Below are positions 8,962 to 18,180 of a DNA stretch of 64,000 nt, piece by piece. The DNA lies in contig JASGJV010000005.1 of NCBI GenBank assembly GCA_049840695.1, positions 34,129 through 98,128 on the forward strand. Direction: 5' to 3'. Source of the stretch: Nitrospira sp. Its GTDB lineage: Bacteria; Nitrospirota; Nitrospiria; Nitrospirales; Nitrospiraceae. The notes beneath the pieces are model-generated. The model had not been told where the DNA came from and did not search any database. It worked only from the letters and a program-made list of their open reading frames with translations. The translations under genes and the position numbers were made by a program. Each line of letters opens with the position of its first letter. Positions within the stretch are counted from its first letter, which is position 1.

Positions 8962-10554
8962 ATGAAGAAGATCCAAGTTCAAGCACAGGTTGGGCGAGCG
9001 GAACAAGAAGTCGTCGAGGTGCTGGTATTGCTCTGTTGCGAGGGTTCCTCAAACCTTTCGCCGGAAGCCGATGCCATCAACACTCAACTCGGTGGACAGC
9101 TTGCGGCCTTGATTCAGCGGGGGGAATTCGAAGGCAAGCTTGGTGAAGGGCTGGTCGTGCATACGCAGGGCAAGGCCAAGGCAAAGCGACTGTTGCTTGC
9201 CGGCTTGGGGAAGGAAAAGGAGTTGCGGGTGGATGCGTTCCGCCAGGCGTTGGGCTCCGCCGTCAAACGTGTCCGCCAGGCCAAAGTATCTTCATTCGGC
9301 GTGGTTCTGCCGGGCGCGGTTCTGGAAGAAATTCCCGTTCAGGATGTCGCGCAGGCCATGGCTGAAGGCGCTATTCTCGGCAACTACCAATTTACGGCGT
9401 ATCGGAGTTCGAACGGAAGCAAACCGGTGGAGGTCGAGCGGCTGACGATCTACGTCGCACAAACATCGCTGCTGGCACAGGTTACGGAGGGCATCCGGCG
9501 CGGCATGGCGACGGCCGAAGCCACGGTACTCGTCCGCGATCTGTGTAACCATCCGGCCAATATCATGACTCCCGGCCGGATCGTGCAGGAAGCGAAGGCT
9601 GTGGCGAAAGAACCGGGCGTCACGCTGAAGGTGCTGGAACAGAAAGATATGGAACAGCTCGGCATGGGGGCCTTGCTCGGGGTGGCGAAGGGCAGTCACG
9701 AACCGCCGAAGTTCATCATTCTAGAGTACAAGGGCGCGAAGGCGAAGAAGAGCGATCCCCCGGTGGTCATGGTGGGTAAGACGATTACTTTCGATACCGG
9801 CGGTATTTCACTCAAGCCCGCTGAAAATATGGAACATATGAAGGCCGATATGACGGGCGGCGCGGAGGTTCTGGCTACAATGCGGGCTGCGGCACGACTC
9901 AAGTTGCCCGTGCATCTGGTGAGTATATTGCCGGTGGCGGAAAATATGCCGGGCGGCCGCGCGATGCGGCCTGGTGATATCGTGAAGACGCTCTCGGGAA
10001 AAACCGTTGAGGTTCAAAATACCGACGCCGAGGGCCGATTGATCCTTTCAGACGCCTTGGCCTATGCCACCCGCTACAAACCGGCAGTATTGATCGACAT
10101 CGCGACGTTGACCGGCGCCTGTGTCGTGGCGCTCGGTCAATTTGCCATCGGAATGTTCGGCAACAATGATCAGCTGAAGGAACATGTCCGGAATGCCGGC
10201 ATGCGAGCCGGTGAGCGAGTGTGGGAAATGCCCCTCTGGGATGAGTACTTCGAACAGTTGCGCAGCGATGTGGCCGATATGCGGAACATCGGTGGCCGTG
10301 GCGGAGGCATGATTACGGCTGCGCTGTTCCTGAGCAAGTTTGTCGGGGACTGCCCGTGGATCCATCTGGATATCGCTAGCACAGACTGGAGCGAGCGTGA
10401 GCGAGCCTATCTTCCGAAAGGTCCGACCGGGATCGGCACGCGGCTGCTCATCCAATTCCTGCTGGACCGTACCTTGCCCCTAACGGCAACCGGTGCGTGC
10501 GTCAGCCGGCATCCATCTGCTTCTCACTCAGATCGTCATCGTAGGGGGTTATGA
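8962..10554 (+). CDS. pepA: Leucyl aminopeptidase (M17)
   Basis: GKTITFDTGGISLK, MKADMTGGA, NTDAEGRLILSDAL, DIATLTGA. The last 25 or so residues may be an artefact of one extra C before TAA at 10481. Confidence 0.95.
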   Translation: MKKIQVQAQVGRAEQEVVEVLVLLCCEGSSNLSPEADAINTQLGGQLAALIQRGEFEGKLGEGLVVHTQGKAKAKRLLLAGLGKEKELRVDAFRQALGSAVKRVRQAKVSSFGVVLPGAVLEEIPVQDVAQAMAEGAILGNYQFTAYRSSNGSKPVEVERLTIYVAQTSLLAQVTEGIRRGMATAEATVLVRDLCNHPANIMTPGRIVQEAKAVAKEPGVTLKVLEQKDMEQLGMGALLGVAKGSHEPPKFIILEYKGAKAKKSDPPVVMVGKTITFDTGGISLKPAENMEHMKADMTGGAEVLATMRAAARLKLPVHLVSILPVAENMPGGRAMRPGDIVKTLSGKTVEVQNTDAEGRLILSDALAYATRYKPAVLIDIATLTGACVVALGQFAIGMFGNNDQLKEHVRNAGMRAGERVWEMPLWDEYFEQLRSDVADMRNIGGRGGGMITAALFLSKFVGDCPWIHLDIASTDWSERERAYLPKGPTGIGTRLLIQFLLDRTLPLTATGACVSRHPSASHSDRHRRGL

Positions 10555-11699
10555 CATTACGCGAGCAAATCGGTCAGCTCTTCATGATGGGATTTACCGG
10601 GACCAGGGTCAGCAAGGACCTGGCCTCGTTTCTCACGGCTTATACACCGGGCGGCGTGATTTTTTTTCGACGCAATCTCGAATCAGTCCAGCAGATCGTC
10701 GATCTCACCAACGGACTTCAGAAGTTGTCGCCGGCTTCGCCGCTATTGATCGCGATTGATCAGGAAGGTGGACGGGTCTCCCGCCTGCCTGCCGAATTTA
10801 CGATCTTTCCACCCTGCGGTCAGCTCGGCCAGTGTAATTCCAGTGAACTCGCCTATTCCGCTGCGGCCACCATCGCCAAAGAATTGCGAGCCGTTGGGAT
10901 CAACATGAATATGGCGCCGGTGTTGGACGTGAACAGCAATCCCGACAATCCAGTGATCGGTGATCGGTCGTTCGGTGCCGAGCCTGACGTCGTTATCGAG
11001 ATGGGGCTAGCCACGATCGGCGGTCTACAGGACAATTTGGTGGTGGCCTGCGGGAAACATTTTCCCGGTCACGGCGATACGGCGACGGATTCGCACAAAG
11101 AGCTTCCGGTCGTTGACGCGGGGATTCAACGATTGCGCGAGACGGAGTTTCCCCCGTTTCAGCAGGCGATCCGGCAGGGAGTCGCCAGTCTCATGACGGC
11201 CCATGTGTTGTATCGGGCGTTGGATCCCGATGCGCCGGCCACGCTGTCTCCCGCTGTGATCCAGCGGCTCCTCCGCGAAGAGTTTCGTTACGACGGGGTC
11301 GTCTTCACGGACGACCTGGAGATGCATGCGATTATCGATTATGACGGGATCGGCGAAGCGGCGGTTCGTTCGTTCGTGGCCGGATGTGATGTCTTGCTGG
11401 TTTGCAAAGACCAGGATCGGGTTATGACGGCCATGCAAGCGATGGAACGTGCGGTGCAAGACGGCCGGATCACGCAAGAAAGACTGGAGCAGTCGTTGAG
11501 GCGTGTCGCGCGTCTCAAAGCACGGTACCTTCTTCCCTACAAGCCGGTCACGATTTCGGATGCCCGTCTGGTGGTCGGGTGTCGGTCGCACAAGGTGTTG
11601 CTCGACTCATGGCACAAAGCTTATGCCCGTCTGCCTTCCTCAAAGGTGTCGGAGCACGACGAGTCGGCGCCGTTGGATTCACCGGTCACGCATGTTTAA
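10551..11699 (+). CDS. nagZ: Beta-N-acetylhexosaminidase (GH3)
   Basis: IAIDQEGGRVSRL, KHFPGHG-x4-DSH, FTDDLEM. Confidence 0.93.
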   Translation: MTLREQIGQLFMMGFTGTRVSKDLASFLTAYTPGGVIFFRRNLESVQQIVDLTNGLQKLSPASPLLIAIDQEGGRVSRLPAEFTIFPPCGQLGQCNSSELAYSAAATIAKELRAVGINMNMAPVLDVNSNPDNPVIGDRSFGAEPDVVIEMGLATIGGLQDNLVVACGKHFPGHGDTATDSHKELPVVDAGIQRLRETEFPPFQQAIRQGVASLMTAHVLYRALDPDAPATLSPAVIQRLLREEFRYDGVVFTDDLEMHAIIDYDGIGEAAVRSFVAGCDVLLVCKDQDRVMTAMQAMERAVQDGRITQERLEQSLRRVARLKARYLLPYKPVTISDARLVVGCRSHKVLLDSWHKAYARLPSSKVSEHDESAPLDSPVTHV

Positions 11700-11874
11700 C
11701 GCACAACTGTCCTCGGCCGGGGCTTCGTCTAGAGCAGCGGCGCCGGTTTTCGCTCCTCGTTGTGACACAGCGGGTAAATCTCACTAGAGGAACCGGCGCT
11801 GGATTTTACTCTTGAGTTTTGATTCACTAGTGCTGAATTGGGCTCTGTTTCTCCATTCATCATACTGAGGCGCC

Positions 11875-12264
11875 ATGGCCATCAAGAAGGGCGACATTCT
11901 CGACGAACGGAAACGATTTCCGGATTCCTGCGGATTAGTGGTCAAGTGTACTGGTGGGGGCGAGGGCTTTCAGAAAATCTTCTGCTGCGGCCATGAGCTG
12001 ACCGAAGAGGATCGTGTACCGGAGATCATGTCGTCGAGGGGCCGAAAACGAGGGACGTTGCTTCCCGGGGCTATGCTGGAGGAAAAGCGGCAGTTTCCTG
12101 ATTCCTGCGGCCTTCGCCTCATGGTGATGGATGGCGGCGCCGGGCTTCAAGGGATCGACTGTTGTGGCCATCTCGTTACGGCCGGCGCCGTGCATGGGCT
12201 GAGGTTCGGGCAACCGTCGGAGGAAGGGACTCCTATGCCGACCGGCCCGGCAGGGCAGGCGTAA
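11875..12264 (+). CDS. Small protein with two tandem Cys-rich desulforedoxin-like repeats
   Basis: Two copies, 59 aa apart, of FPDSCGL-x16-CCGH; RBS GAGG before ATG. Confidence 0.75.
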   Translation: MAIKKGDILDERKRFPDSCGLVVKCTGGGEGFQKIFCCGHELTEEDRVPEIMSSRGRKRGTLLPGAMLEEKRQFPDSCGLRLMVMDGGAGLQGIDCCGHLVTAGAVHGLRFGQPSEEGTPMPTGPAGQA

Positions 12265-12785
12265 TGTCCTTATCGAGTATGCCGGGGTCAGAGGAGAAGT
12301 TTCATCGGTCCAGTATGCGCTGGTGGGTCGGTTTTATGGACCAACTGGACCGGCTCGGGTATGTCGCAGCAGGGTTCAGCCTGCTTGCGCTTGGCATGAT
12401 TATTTTCGTCCATGCCTGGTACATCTTCCTGGCTCGGCCCGTTCAGCTCGCGCTTCTTCCTGCCGCGCTCAAGTTATTGAACGATCTGCTCCTGGTCATC
12501 ATTCTCCTGGAACTGTTTCGCACGGTGGTGCGATTTCTTCAGACGGAAGTGTTGGAATTAGAACCGTACTTGTCAGTGGGGATCATTGCCTGCACCCGGA
12601 GACTCTTGACGGCGAGTGCCGAACTCTCGTACCAGCTTGAAGCAGTGGCTAAGGAAACCAGGCACGAGCTATTTCAGCAATACCTTATGGATGTCGGCTT
12701 AAATGTGGTCGTCATCATCATTCTCATCGGTGGGCTGTACCTGCTTCGCTCGCGTCCGTCGACTGAGCGTCCTGCTCTCTCCTGA
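12264..12785 (+). CDS. Phosphate-starvation-inducible PsiE family membrane protein
   Basis: LNDLLLVIILLELFRTV...EPYLSVGIIACTRRLL pattern; about 4 TM; TAATG overlap with upstream gene. Confidence 0.8.
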   Translation: MSLSSMPGSEEKFHRSSMRWWVGFMDQLDRLGYVAAGFSLLALGMIIFVHAWYIFLARPVQLALLPAALKLLNDLLLVIILLELFRTVVRFLQTEVLELEPYLSVGIIACTRRLLTASAELSYQLEAVAKETRHELFQQYLMDVGLNVVVIIILIGGLYLLRSRPSTERPALS

Positions 12786-12873
12786 TCCGGGGTGGACCGA
12801 ATAGCAGGGGGGTACTAGGTCCTTCTTGCCCTCCTTATGCCTCTTATGGCATCATGCACCTCTTCTTGGAGGC

Positions 12874-13320
12874 ATGGTGGCCACATTGCTTGAATATGTG
12901 GGATCGGTCCATATCTACCTCGGACCCTACCGAGGAAATCCTATTGCCTTGTATCTGAGGCGTACGGAGACGGGATGCCAGATCGGGCCGCGCGCCTATC
13001 CATGGAATGACGTGGTAGGAGCCGGGGAAACTCCCAACAAGGCTGCTGCGGACTTCGAAGAAAAATGGAAGGGCAAGGGGCTAGCTGCGGATATGTACTC
13101 AGGTCCGTCCTGGGAAGGGGGGATTAAGCCAGAACGGCCTGCCCCTCCAAAACCCGCGGCTCCTCCCAAACCGGCGGCAACTCCTGCGGCTGGTGCGCCT
13201 GCTTCGCCGGCTCCAGGTACCTCGGCCGCAACTCCTGCTCCTGCTGCGAAACCGGCTGCCCCCAGTGCGGCGCCTGTCGCAGCCGCTCCCAAAGTCGCTC
13301 CAACCGAAGCCTCGTCCTAA
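12874..13320 (+). CDS. Hypothetical protein: small globular domain plus Pro/Ala/Lys-rich tail
   Basis: GGAGG RBS; about 85-aa ordered region followed by PAPPKPAAPPKPAA low-complexity tail. Confidence 0.75.
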   Translation: MVATLLEYVGSVHIYLGPYRGNPIALYLRRTETGCQIGPRAYPWNDVVGAGETPNKAAADFEEKWKGKGLAADMYSGPSWEGGIKPERPAPPKPAAPPKPAATPAAGAPASPAPGTSAATPAPAAKPAAPSAAPVAAAPKVAPTEASS

Positions 13321-13353
13321 TTCTTCCATCCTCGAATTGTTCATGCAGCGGCG

Positions 13354-14799
13354 TCATACGCGTCGAGCGCTACCGGTGTGTTCAAGGGCCGGACTCCTAG
13401 CGAGCTTGCTGCGCCGTATGCCATACGTGGCATAAACAACGACACCGATGATCGTCCAGACGAAAAACCGGATCCAGGTCATCCAAGGAAGAAAATACAT
13501 CAAACCCAAGCAGGCCAGGACACCCAGCAGGGGGACGACCGGCATGAAGGGCATGCGAAATGGCCGGGGATGGTTCGGGTTGGTATATCGAAGAACCATG
13601 ATCCCGATACAGACCAGGACGAAGGCGAAGAGCGTCCCGATGTTTGTCATGTCGGCCGCTTCGCCGATCGGGATCAAGGCTGCCATGATCGCCACGGCGA
13701 TGCCGGTCAAATAGGTTGCGTGGTGAGGTGTTCGAAATTTTGGATGCACGCCTGACAACCAGGGACCGAGAAGCCCGTCTCGGGACATGGCGAAAAACAC
13801 GCGAATCTGGCCCAGCATCATCACCACCAGCACGCTCGTAATCCCGGCTACTGCGCCGACTGCGACGATGGCAGCTCCCCATTTGAACCCGACGACCCGC
13901 AATCCTTCGGCCACCGGTGCGTGAATGTCGATTCGGGAAAACGGCACCAGGCCTGTCAGGACTGCCGCCACGGCAATATACAGCAAGGTACAGATGCCCA
14001 GTGAGGCGAAGATGCCGATGGGAAGATCGCGTTGGGGATTCTTGGCTTCTTCGGCGGTGGTCGAGACGGCATCAAACCCGATATAGGCAAAAAATACGAT
14101 GGCTGCCGCCGCACCCACGCCGGCGAATCCAAACGGCATGAACGGCGTCCAGTTAGTCGTGTCGACGGAGGAAGTCCCGACGGCAATGAAAAAGACGATC
14201 ACGGCCAGCTTGATGATGACGATGCCGCAGGTGGCTCTGGCGCTTTCCTTTACGCCGACGATGAGAATGCCTGTTACCAACAGGACGATGATCGCAGCCG
14301 GGATATTTGCGATCCCTCCGTCCGCTCCCGGGGGATGCGTGGCCCAGTAAGGTAGTTCGAAGCCGCAGAGCTTCAAAATGTTATTGAAGTAGCCGGACCA
14401 ACCGATGGCGACTGCGACACAGGCCACGCCGTATTCCAGAATGAGATTCCATCCCGTCAGCCAGGCCAGGAATTCGCCGAGGGTCGCATAGGAATAGGTG
14501 TACGCGCTGCCAGCCACAGGAATCATGGCCGCAAATTCCGCATAACAGAGCGCGGCAAGGGCGCAGGTGATGCCGGACAGAATAAACGACAGGACGATCC
14601 CGGGACCGGCTCCCGGTCGATGCGCATCGCCGACGATCGCGGTGCCGATCAGCACGAAGATGCCGGTGCCGATGATGGCACCGATGCCAAGCCCGGTCAG
14701 GTCCCAGGCAGTCAGGCTTCGTTTCAGGCGATGTTCCGGGGCGTCTGAGTCAGCGAGGATTCGTTCGATCGATTTGGTGCGAAACAGCGGATTACCCAC
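13354..14799 (-). CDS. APC family amino acid permease
   Basis: LGIGAIIGTGIF, CYAEFAAMIPVAGSAYTYSY, FFAYIGFD, MSRDGLL; GTG start at 14799 after GAGGA. Confidence 0.93.
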   Translation of the reverse strand: MGNPLFRTKSIERILADSDAPEHRLKRSLTAWDLTGLGIGAIIGTGIFVLIGTAIVGDAHRPGAGPGIVLSFILSGITCALAALCYAEFAAMIPVAGSAYTYSYATLGEFLAWLTGWNLILEYGVACVAVAIGWSGYFNNILKLCGFELPYWATHPPGADGGIANIPAAIIVLLVTGILIVGVKESARATCGIVIIKLAVIVFFIAVGTSSVDTTNWTPFMPFGFAGVGAAAAIVFFAYIGFDAVSTTAEEAKNPQRDLPIGIFASLGICTLLYIAVAAVLTGLVPFSRIDIHAPVAEGLRVVGFKWGAAIVAVGAVAGITSVLVVMMLGQIRVFFAMSRDGLLGPWLSGVHPKFRTPHHATYLTGIAVAIMAALIPIGEAADMTNIGTLFAFVLVCIGIMVLRYTNPNHPRPFRMPFMPVVPLLGVLACLGLMYFLPWMTWIRFFVWTIIGVVVYATYGIRRSKLARSPALEHTGSARRV

Positions 14800-14862
14800 T
14801 CCGTATCCTCTCTCCGGTGACGTCACGCCCCTGTCCGCTGGCATGGGCGACTGAGTCCCCTG

Positions 14863-15640
14863 TCATGTGGTGGTCCCGCGCTGCGCAGACAATGGTTGAA
14901 GCGCCGGACGCCGGGAGGCTGCCCGTAAGAATGCCTCAAAGAGCCGCCGATGCACCCGGTGGCGCTCAAATAGAAATTCGGGATGCCATTGCAGGCCTAG
15001 AAAAAATGGGTGACCGGGATGTTCAATCGCCTCGACGATGCCGTTCGGGCGCGGTTGCGCTGGCGATCAGTGCGCGCCCCACACCTTTCACTGATTGGTG
15101 ATGGGAACTGTTCACCTTCATCTCGGGACATTTGACGATACGTTCGAGGAGCGTACGGGGTGTGATGGAGACGCTGTGGGCGAGACGAATAGCCGGTGCC
15201 GTCTGTCGGTGTTGCAGCACATCGGGAACCTGGGCAGGAAGGTCCTGATAGAGAGTCCCTCCAAACGCCACATTCATCGTTTGCATCCCGCCGCAGATGG
15301 CCAGGGTCGGGAGATGGTAGCGGGTAGCTAGATGGACGAGATCCAATTCGAAGCTTGAGCGTCGCTGGGCAACGATCGGAAAGGAGTATTGTTTCCGTTC
15401 TCCGTACAGCGCGGGGTCTAAGTCTGGACCGCTGCCTGTCAGTAGCAGCCCATCGACGGTCCGTAGGAGGCGGCGACGCGCCGCACGATCAGCCACAAGG
15501 GGAAGAATGAGCGGCACCCCGCCCAGCTCTTCGATTGCGCGGACATACCGAGCTCGGAGAAAATAGGTGGGCTCTTTGCCGCCCCATTCCTGACGATCAC
15601 CGGCATTGAAGTCGGGCGTGACTCCGATGACGGGCTTCAT
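14863..15640 (-). CDS. Gamma-glutamyl-gamma-aminobutyrate hydrolase family (peptidase C26, PuuD-like); apparent +1 frameshift at about 15044
   Basis: MKPVIGVT, GLLLTGSGPDLDP, AICGGMQ, VNSSHHQ. Removing one base at 15044/15045 restores APDGIVEAIE...LQWHPE and a stop at 14863. Confidence 0.85.
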
Positions 15641-15641
15641 A

Positions 15642-16118
15642 CTATCGGATCGGTTCCAAGGGCAGCGGCATGGGCTCTTGAGGGGTATAATCCCCAGCTT
15701 CCCGCGTGGGTTCGCTTGAGGATACACCGAGGAAGCGAATCGGTTTGTCCCCCTTCAGATGGTCAGGCGTGATGATGTACGTCCCGTACATGCTGGGGAT
15801 CCAAATATTTTTTGCGGTTTGTTCGCTCCCGCCTGAGAACCCATACGCCAGTCCGCCAACCACCCCACCACCGATAGCAAACGCCAGTTTGAGTGGGAAG
15901 TAGATGATGGTTGCCAGTGCAGATCCTGCCTGAATGCCGACCCCCGAGGGGCTGGCATCGTTCGAGGAGACGGGGACGTTGGAAGCACTGCCGGATTCTT
16001 GTGCTGCCACCGGCACAATGAGGATAGCCAGAGAGCAAATCGCCACCAGACCGAGAACCAACGCGTTCGACCAGAGGCTGCGGCGTCTTTTTGAGGACAG
16101 ATTGACAGAGACGTTCAC
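15642..16118 (-). CDS. Hypothetical exported or membrane protein
   Basis: GAAGGAGG RBS before GTG; signal-like N-terminus; Gly-rich hydrophobic segment; abuts the puuD-like gene. Confidence 0.7.
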   Translation of the reverse strand: MNVSVNLSSKRRRSLWSNALVLGLVAICSLAILIVPVAAQESGSASNVPVSSNDASPSGVGIQAGSALATIIYFPLKLAFAIGGGVVGGLAYGFSGGSEQTAKNIWIPSMYGTYIITPDHLKGDKPIRFLGVSSSEPTREAGDYTPQEPMPLPLEPIR

Positions 16119-16275
16119 GTTAAGTGCCTCCTTCGTGCTGAAAAGCTGACGGTGTGAAGTTAGAAGATGAGTGCCGATGAACTTCTACAATTGCGAGTAC
16201 TCCGTTGTCGTTATAACAAATTCATCCCCATTTTCAAACCCCTTCCGCCTTTGTCGCAGGTGTTCCCCCCGCTCT

Positions 16276-16734
16276 TCAGAGATCAGATGACTCCCCCACG
16301 TCCAATTCAAGGCGAATGGGATCCGTCACCCGTTCGGGCTGCTCCGTAATGATGTGCCGGAGTTCAACTGCAAAGCGTGCCGCCTCGATCACCTGGTTGT
16401 GTTGCTCAATGCCTCCATGGAGCGCGAGATTGAGTGCGCAGGTGCAGACGGATTGTATGAAGAGTTCATCCGCCCGACGCGTCAGGTCAGCCTGTTCTTC
16501 TTGGCAGATCCTCTGTAATTGATGTTCAACCCAGGATGAAAAGCCGATCTCCCGGCGAGCCTGCTCGACGTGCTCCTGAGCGATGTCGAGGCTGATCTGC
16601 ACCCCGCCTTTCCAACTGCGCTTCTTCACATTAAACACGCAGCGCAGATGATCGGGCCGATGCTCGACGGGTTCAGGTCCGAAGAAAAATGTGACACGGT
16701 ACTGATTCGGATCGGCTGCGGCAGGAATACTCAT
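16276..16734 (-). CDS. Hypothetical protein
   Basis: ORF fills the gap divergent from the M24 gene; ATG at 16734 avoids overlap; ordinary globular composition (FFFGPEP, FNVKKRSWKGG). Confidence 0.65.
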   Translation of the reverse strand: MSIPAAADPNQYRVTFFFGPEPVEHRPDHLRCVFNVKKRSWKGGVQISLDIAQEHVEQARREIGFSSWVEHQLQRICQEEQADLTRRADELFIQSVCTCALNLALHGGIEQHNQVIEAARFAVELRHIITEQPERVTDPIRLELDVGESSDL

Positions 16735-16827
16735 AGATGCTCGACAGCATTGTATCATCCCGAAGCGCGGAGAGCATCGCCTGATTGCTGAGTGGTTTCG
16801 ATTTCGAAATGTCGTTATGATGCGACC

Positions 16828-18045
16828 ATGAATACTGTCTCTGATTTCATGGCCCAGGTCAGCCGCATTCAACAAGCTATTCGAGAGCAACCAGGGATTG
16901 ACGGTTGGCTTTTTTATGACTTCCGCCATCTCGATCCCATTGCTTATCGCGTGTTGTTGTTAGACCCGTCGATGCATGTCACGCGGCGCTGGTACTACTG
17001 GGTTCCCGCGATCGGAACGCCAGTGAAATTGCAGCATCGCATTGAGCCGCATGTGTTGGAGGGATTGCCGGGTGAGGTGCAGTTTTACGTCTCCTGGCGA
17101 GAACAGCAGGCGGCGCTGAGGGCCCTTCTTCAATCGGCCAAACGGATTGCCATGCAATACTCGCCAATGAATGCGATCCCCTATCTTTCGCGAGTGGATG
17201 CTGGAACGTTGGATCTCCTGCGTAGCTGGGGTCTGGAGGTCGTTACATCAGCCGATTTGGTCCAGCAATTTGAAGCCGTGTGGGATGAGGCGCAGTTGGC
17301 GTCGCACCAGGTGGCTGCCACTGGGCTGCGGGCGATTGTGGATGAAGCGTTCGGTTTTATCGGGACGTCTCTCGCGGCGGGCGGCTCACTCAATGAATAT
17401 GGGTTGCAACAATATATTCTTTCCCGAATGCATGCCCGCGGCCTCGTCACTTCGAGTCCCCCCATTGCCGCAATCAACGCCCATAGCGCTGATCCCCACT
17501 ATGGGCCATCTGTCGAGGGCTCTGCCCCTATCCGCCAGGGAGACCTCGTGTTGATCGATTTATGGGCTAAACAACCAGAGCCTCGGGCCGTGTATGCCGA
17601 TATCACCTGGACAGGTTTCGTGGGGGAGGTTGTGCCGGCCAGACAGCAAGATCTCTTCCAAATCGTTCGTCAAGCGCGGGATGCAGCTGTGACATTCGTG
17701 CAAACGCGTGTTCGAGACGGCACATTTCCCTACGGTTGGGAGGTGGATGATGTATGTCGACAGGTTGTTCAGCGGGCTGGATACGTGGAGTATTTTGTTC
17801 ACCGGACCGGGCATTCGATAGGTGAAGAAGTCCATGGCAATGGCGCCAACATCGACAATCTGGAAACCCAGGATGCCCGCCGCTTGCTGCCCGGCACCTG
17901 TTTCTCTATCGAACCGGGGATCTATCTTCCGGGGGACTTCGGTATTCGGAGTGAACTGGACGTGTACCTTTCGACCAATGATGCGGTGGTGTACGGTCAA
18001 CCGGTGCAGACCGAACTCGTCGCGATTACCCTTCCCACCACCTGA
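16828..18045 (+). CDS. Xaa-Pro aminopeptidase family (M24)
   Basis: ADPHY, VLIDLW..YADIT, HRTGHSIG.EVH, FSIEPGIY, GIRSE metal-ligand motifs. Confidence 0.92.
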   Translation: MNTVSDFMAQVSRIQQAIREQPGIDGWLFYDFRHLDPIAYRVLLLDPSMHVTRRWYYWVPAIGTPVKLQHRIEPHVLEGLPGEVQFYVSWREQQAALRALLQSAKRIAMQYSPMNAIPYLSRVDAGTLDLLRSWGLEVVTSADLVQQFEAVWDEAQLASHQVAATGLRAIVDEAFGFIGTSLAAGGSLNEYGLQQYILSRMHARGLVTSSPPIAAINAHSADPHYGPSVEGSAPIRQGDLVLIDLWAKQPEPRAVYADITWTGFVGEVVPARQQDLFQIVRQARDAAVTFVQTRVRDGTFPYGWEVDDVCRQVVQRAGYVEYFVHRTGHSIGEEVHGNGANIDNLETQDARRLLPGTCFSIEPGIYLPGDFGIRSELDVYLSTNDAVVYGQPVQTELVAITLPTT

Positions 18046-18080
18046 GCTGGTCTTATCCTGAGGGATGGCGTGCACCTTTC

Positions 18081-18110
18081 TTGACACCCTTTGCATTGGG
18101 CAGCTATCGT
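18081..18110 (+). promoter_or_regulatory. Putative sigma70 promoter for tatA-like gene
   Basis: TTGACA-N18-TATCGT about 70 bp upstream of the ATG. Confidence 0.5.
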
Positions 18111-18180
18111 GAGGCATCGACTGGCCGCAGAGGTCTAGGTGCCCTGATTGGTCCCTATTTGCCGAGGAAGGATACTGAAC

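Noticed and set aside
10471-10554. pepA C-terminal extension as a real feature
   Set aside because: Removing one C at 10477-10480 gives a stop right after the conserved end (DRTLP*); the ATGA overlap with nagZ may be chance. Unresolved.
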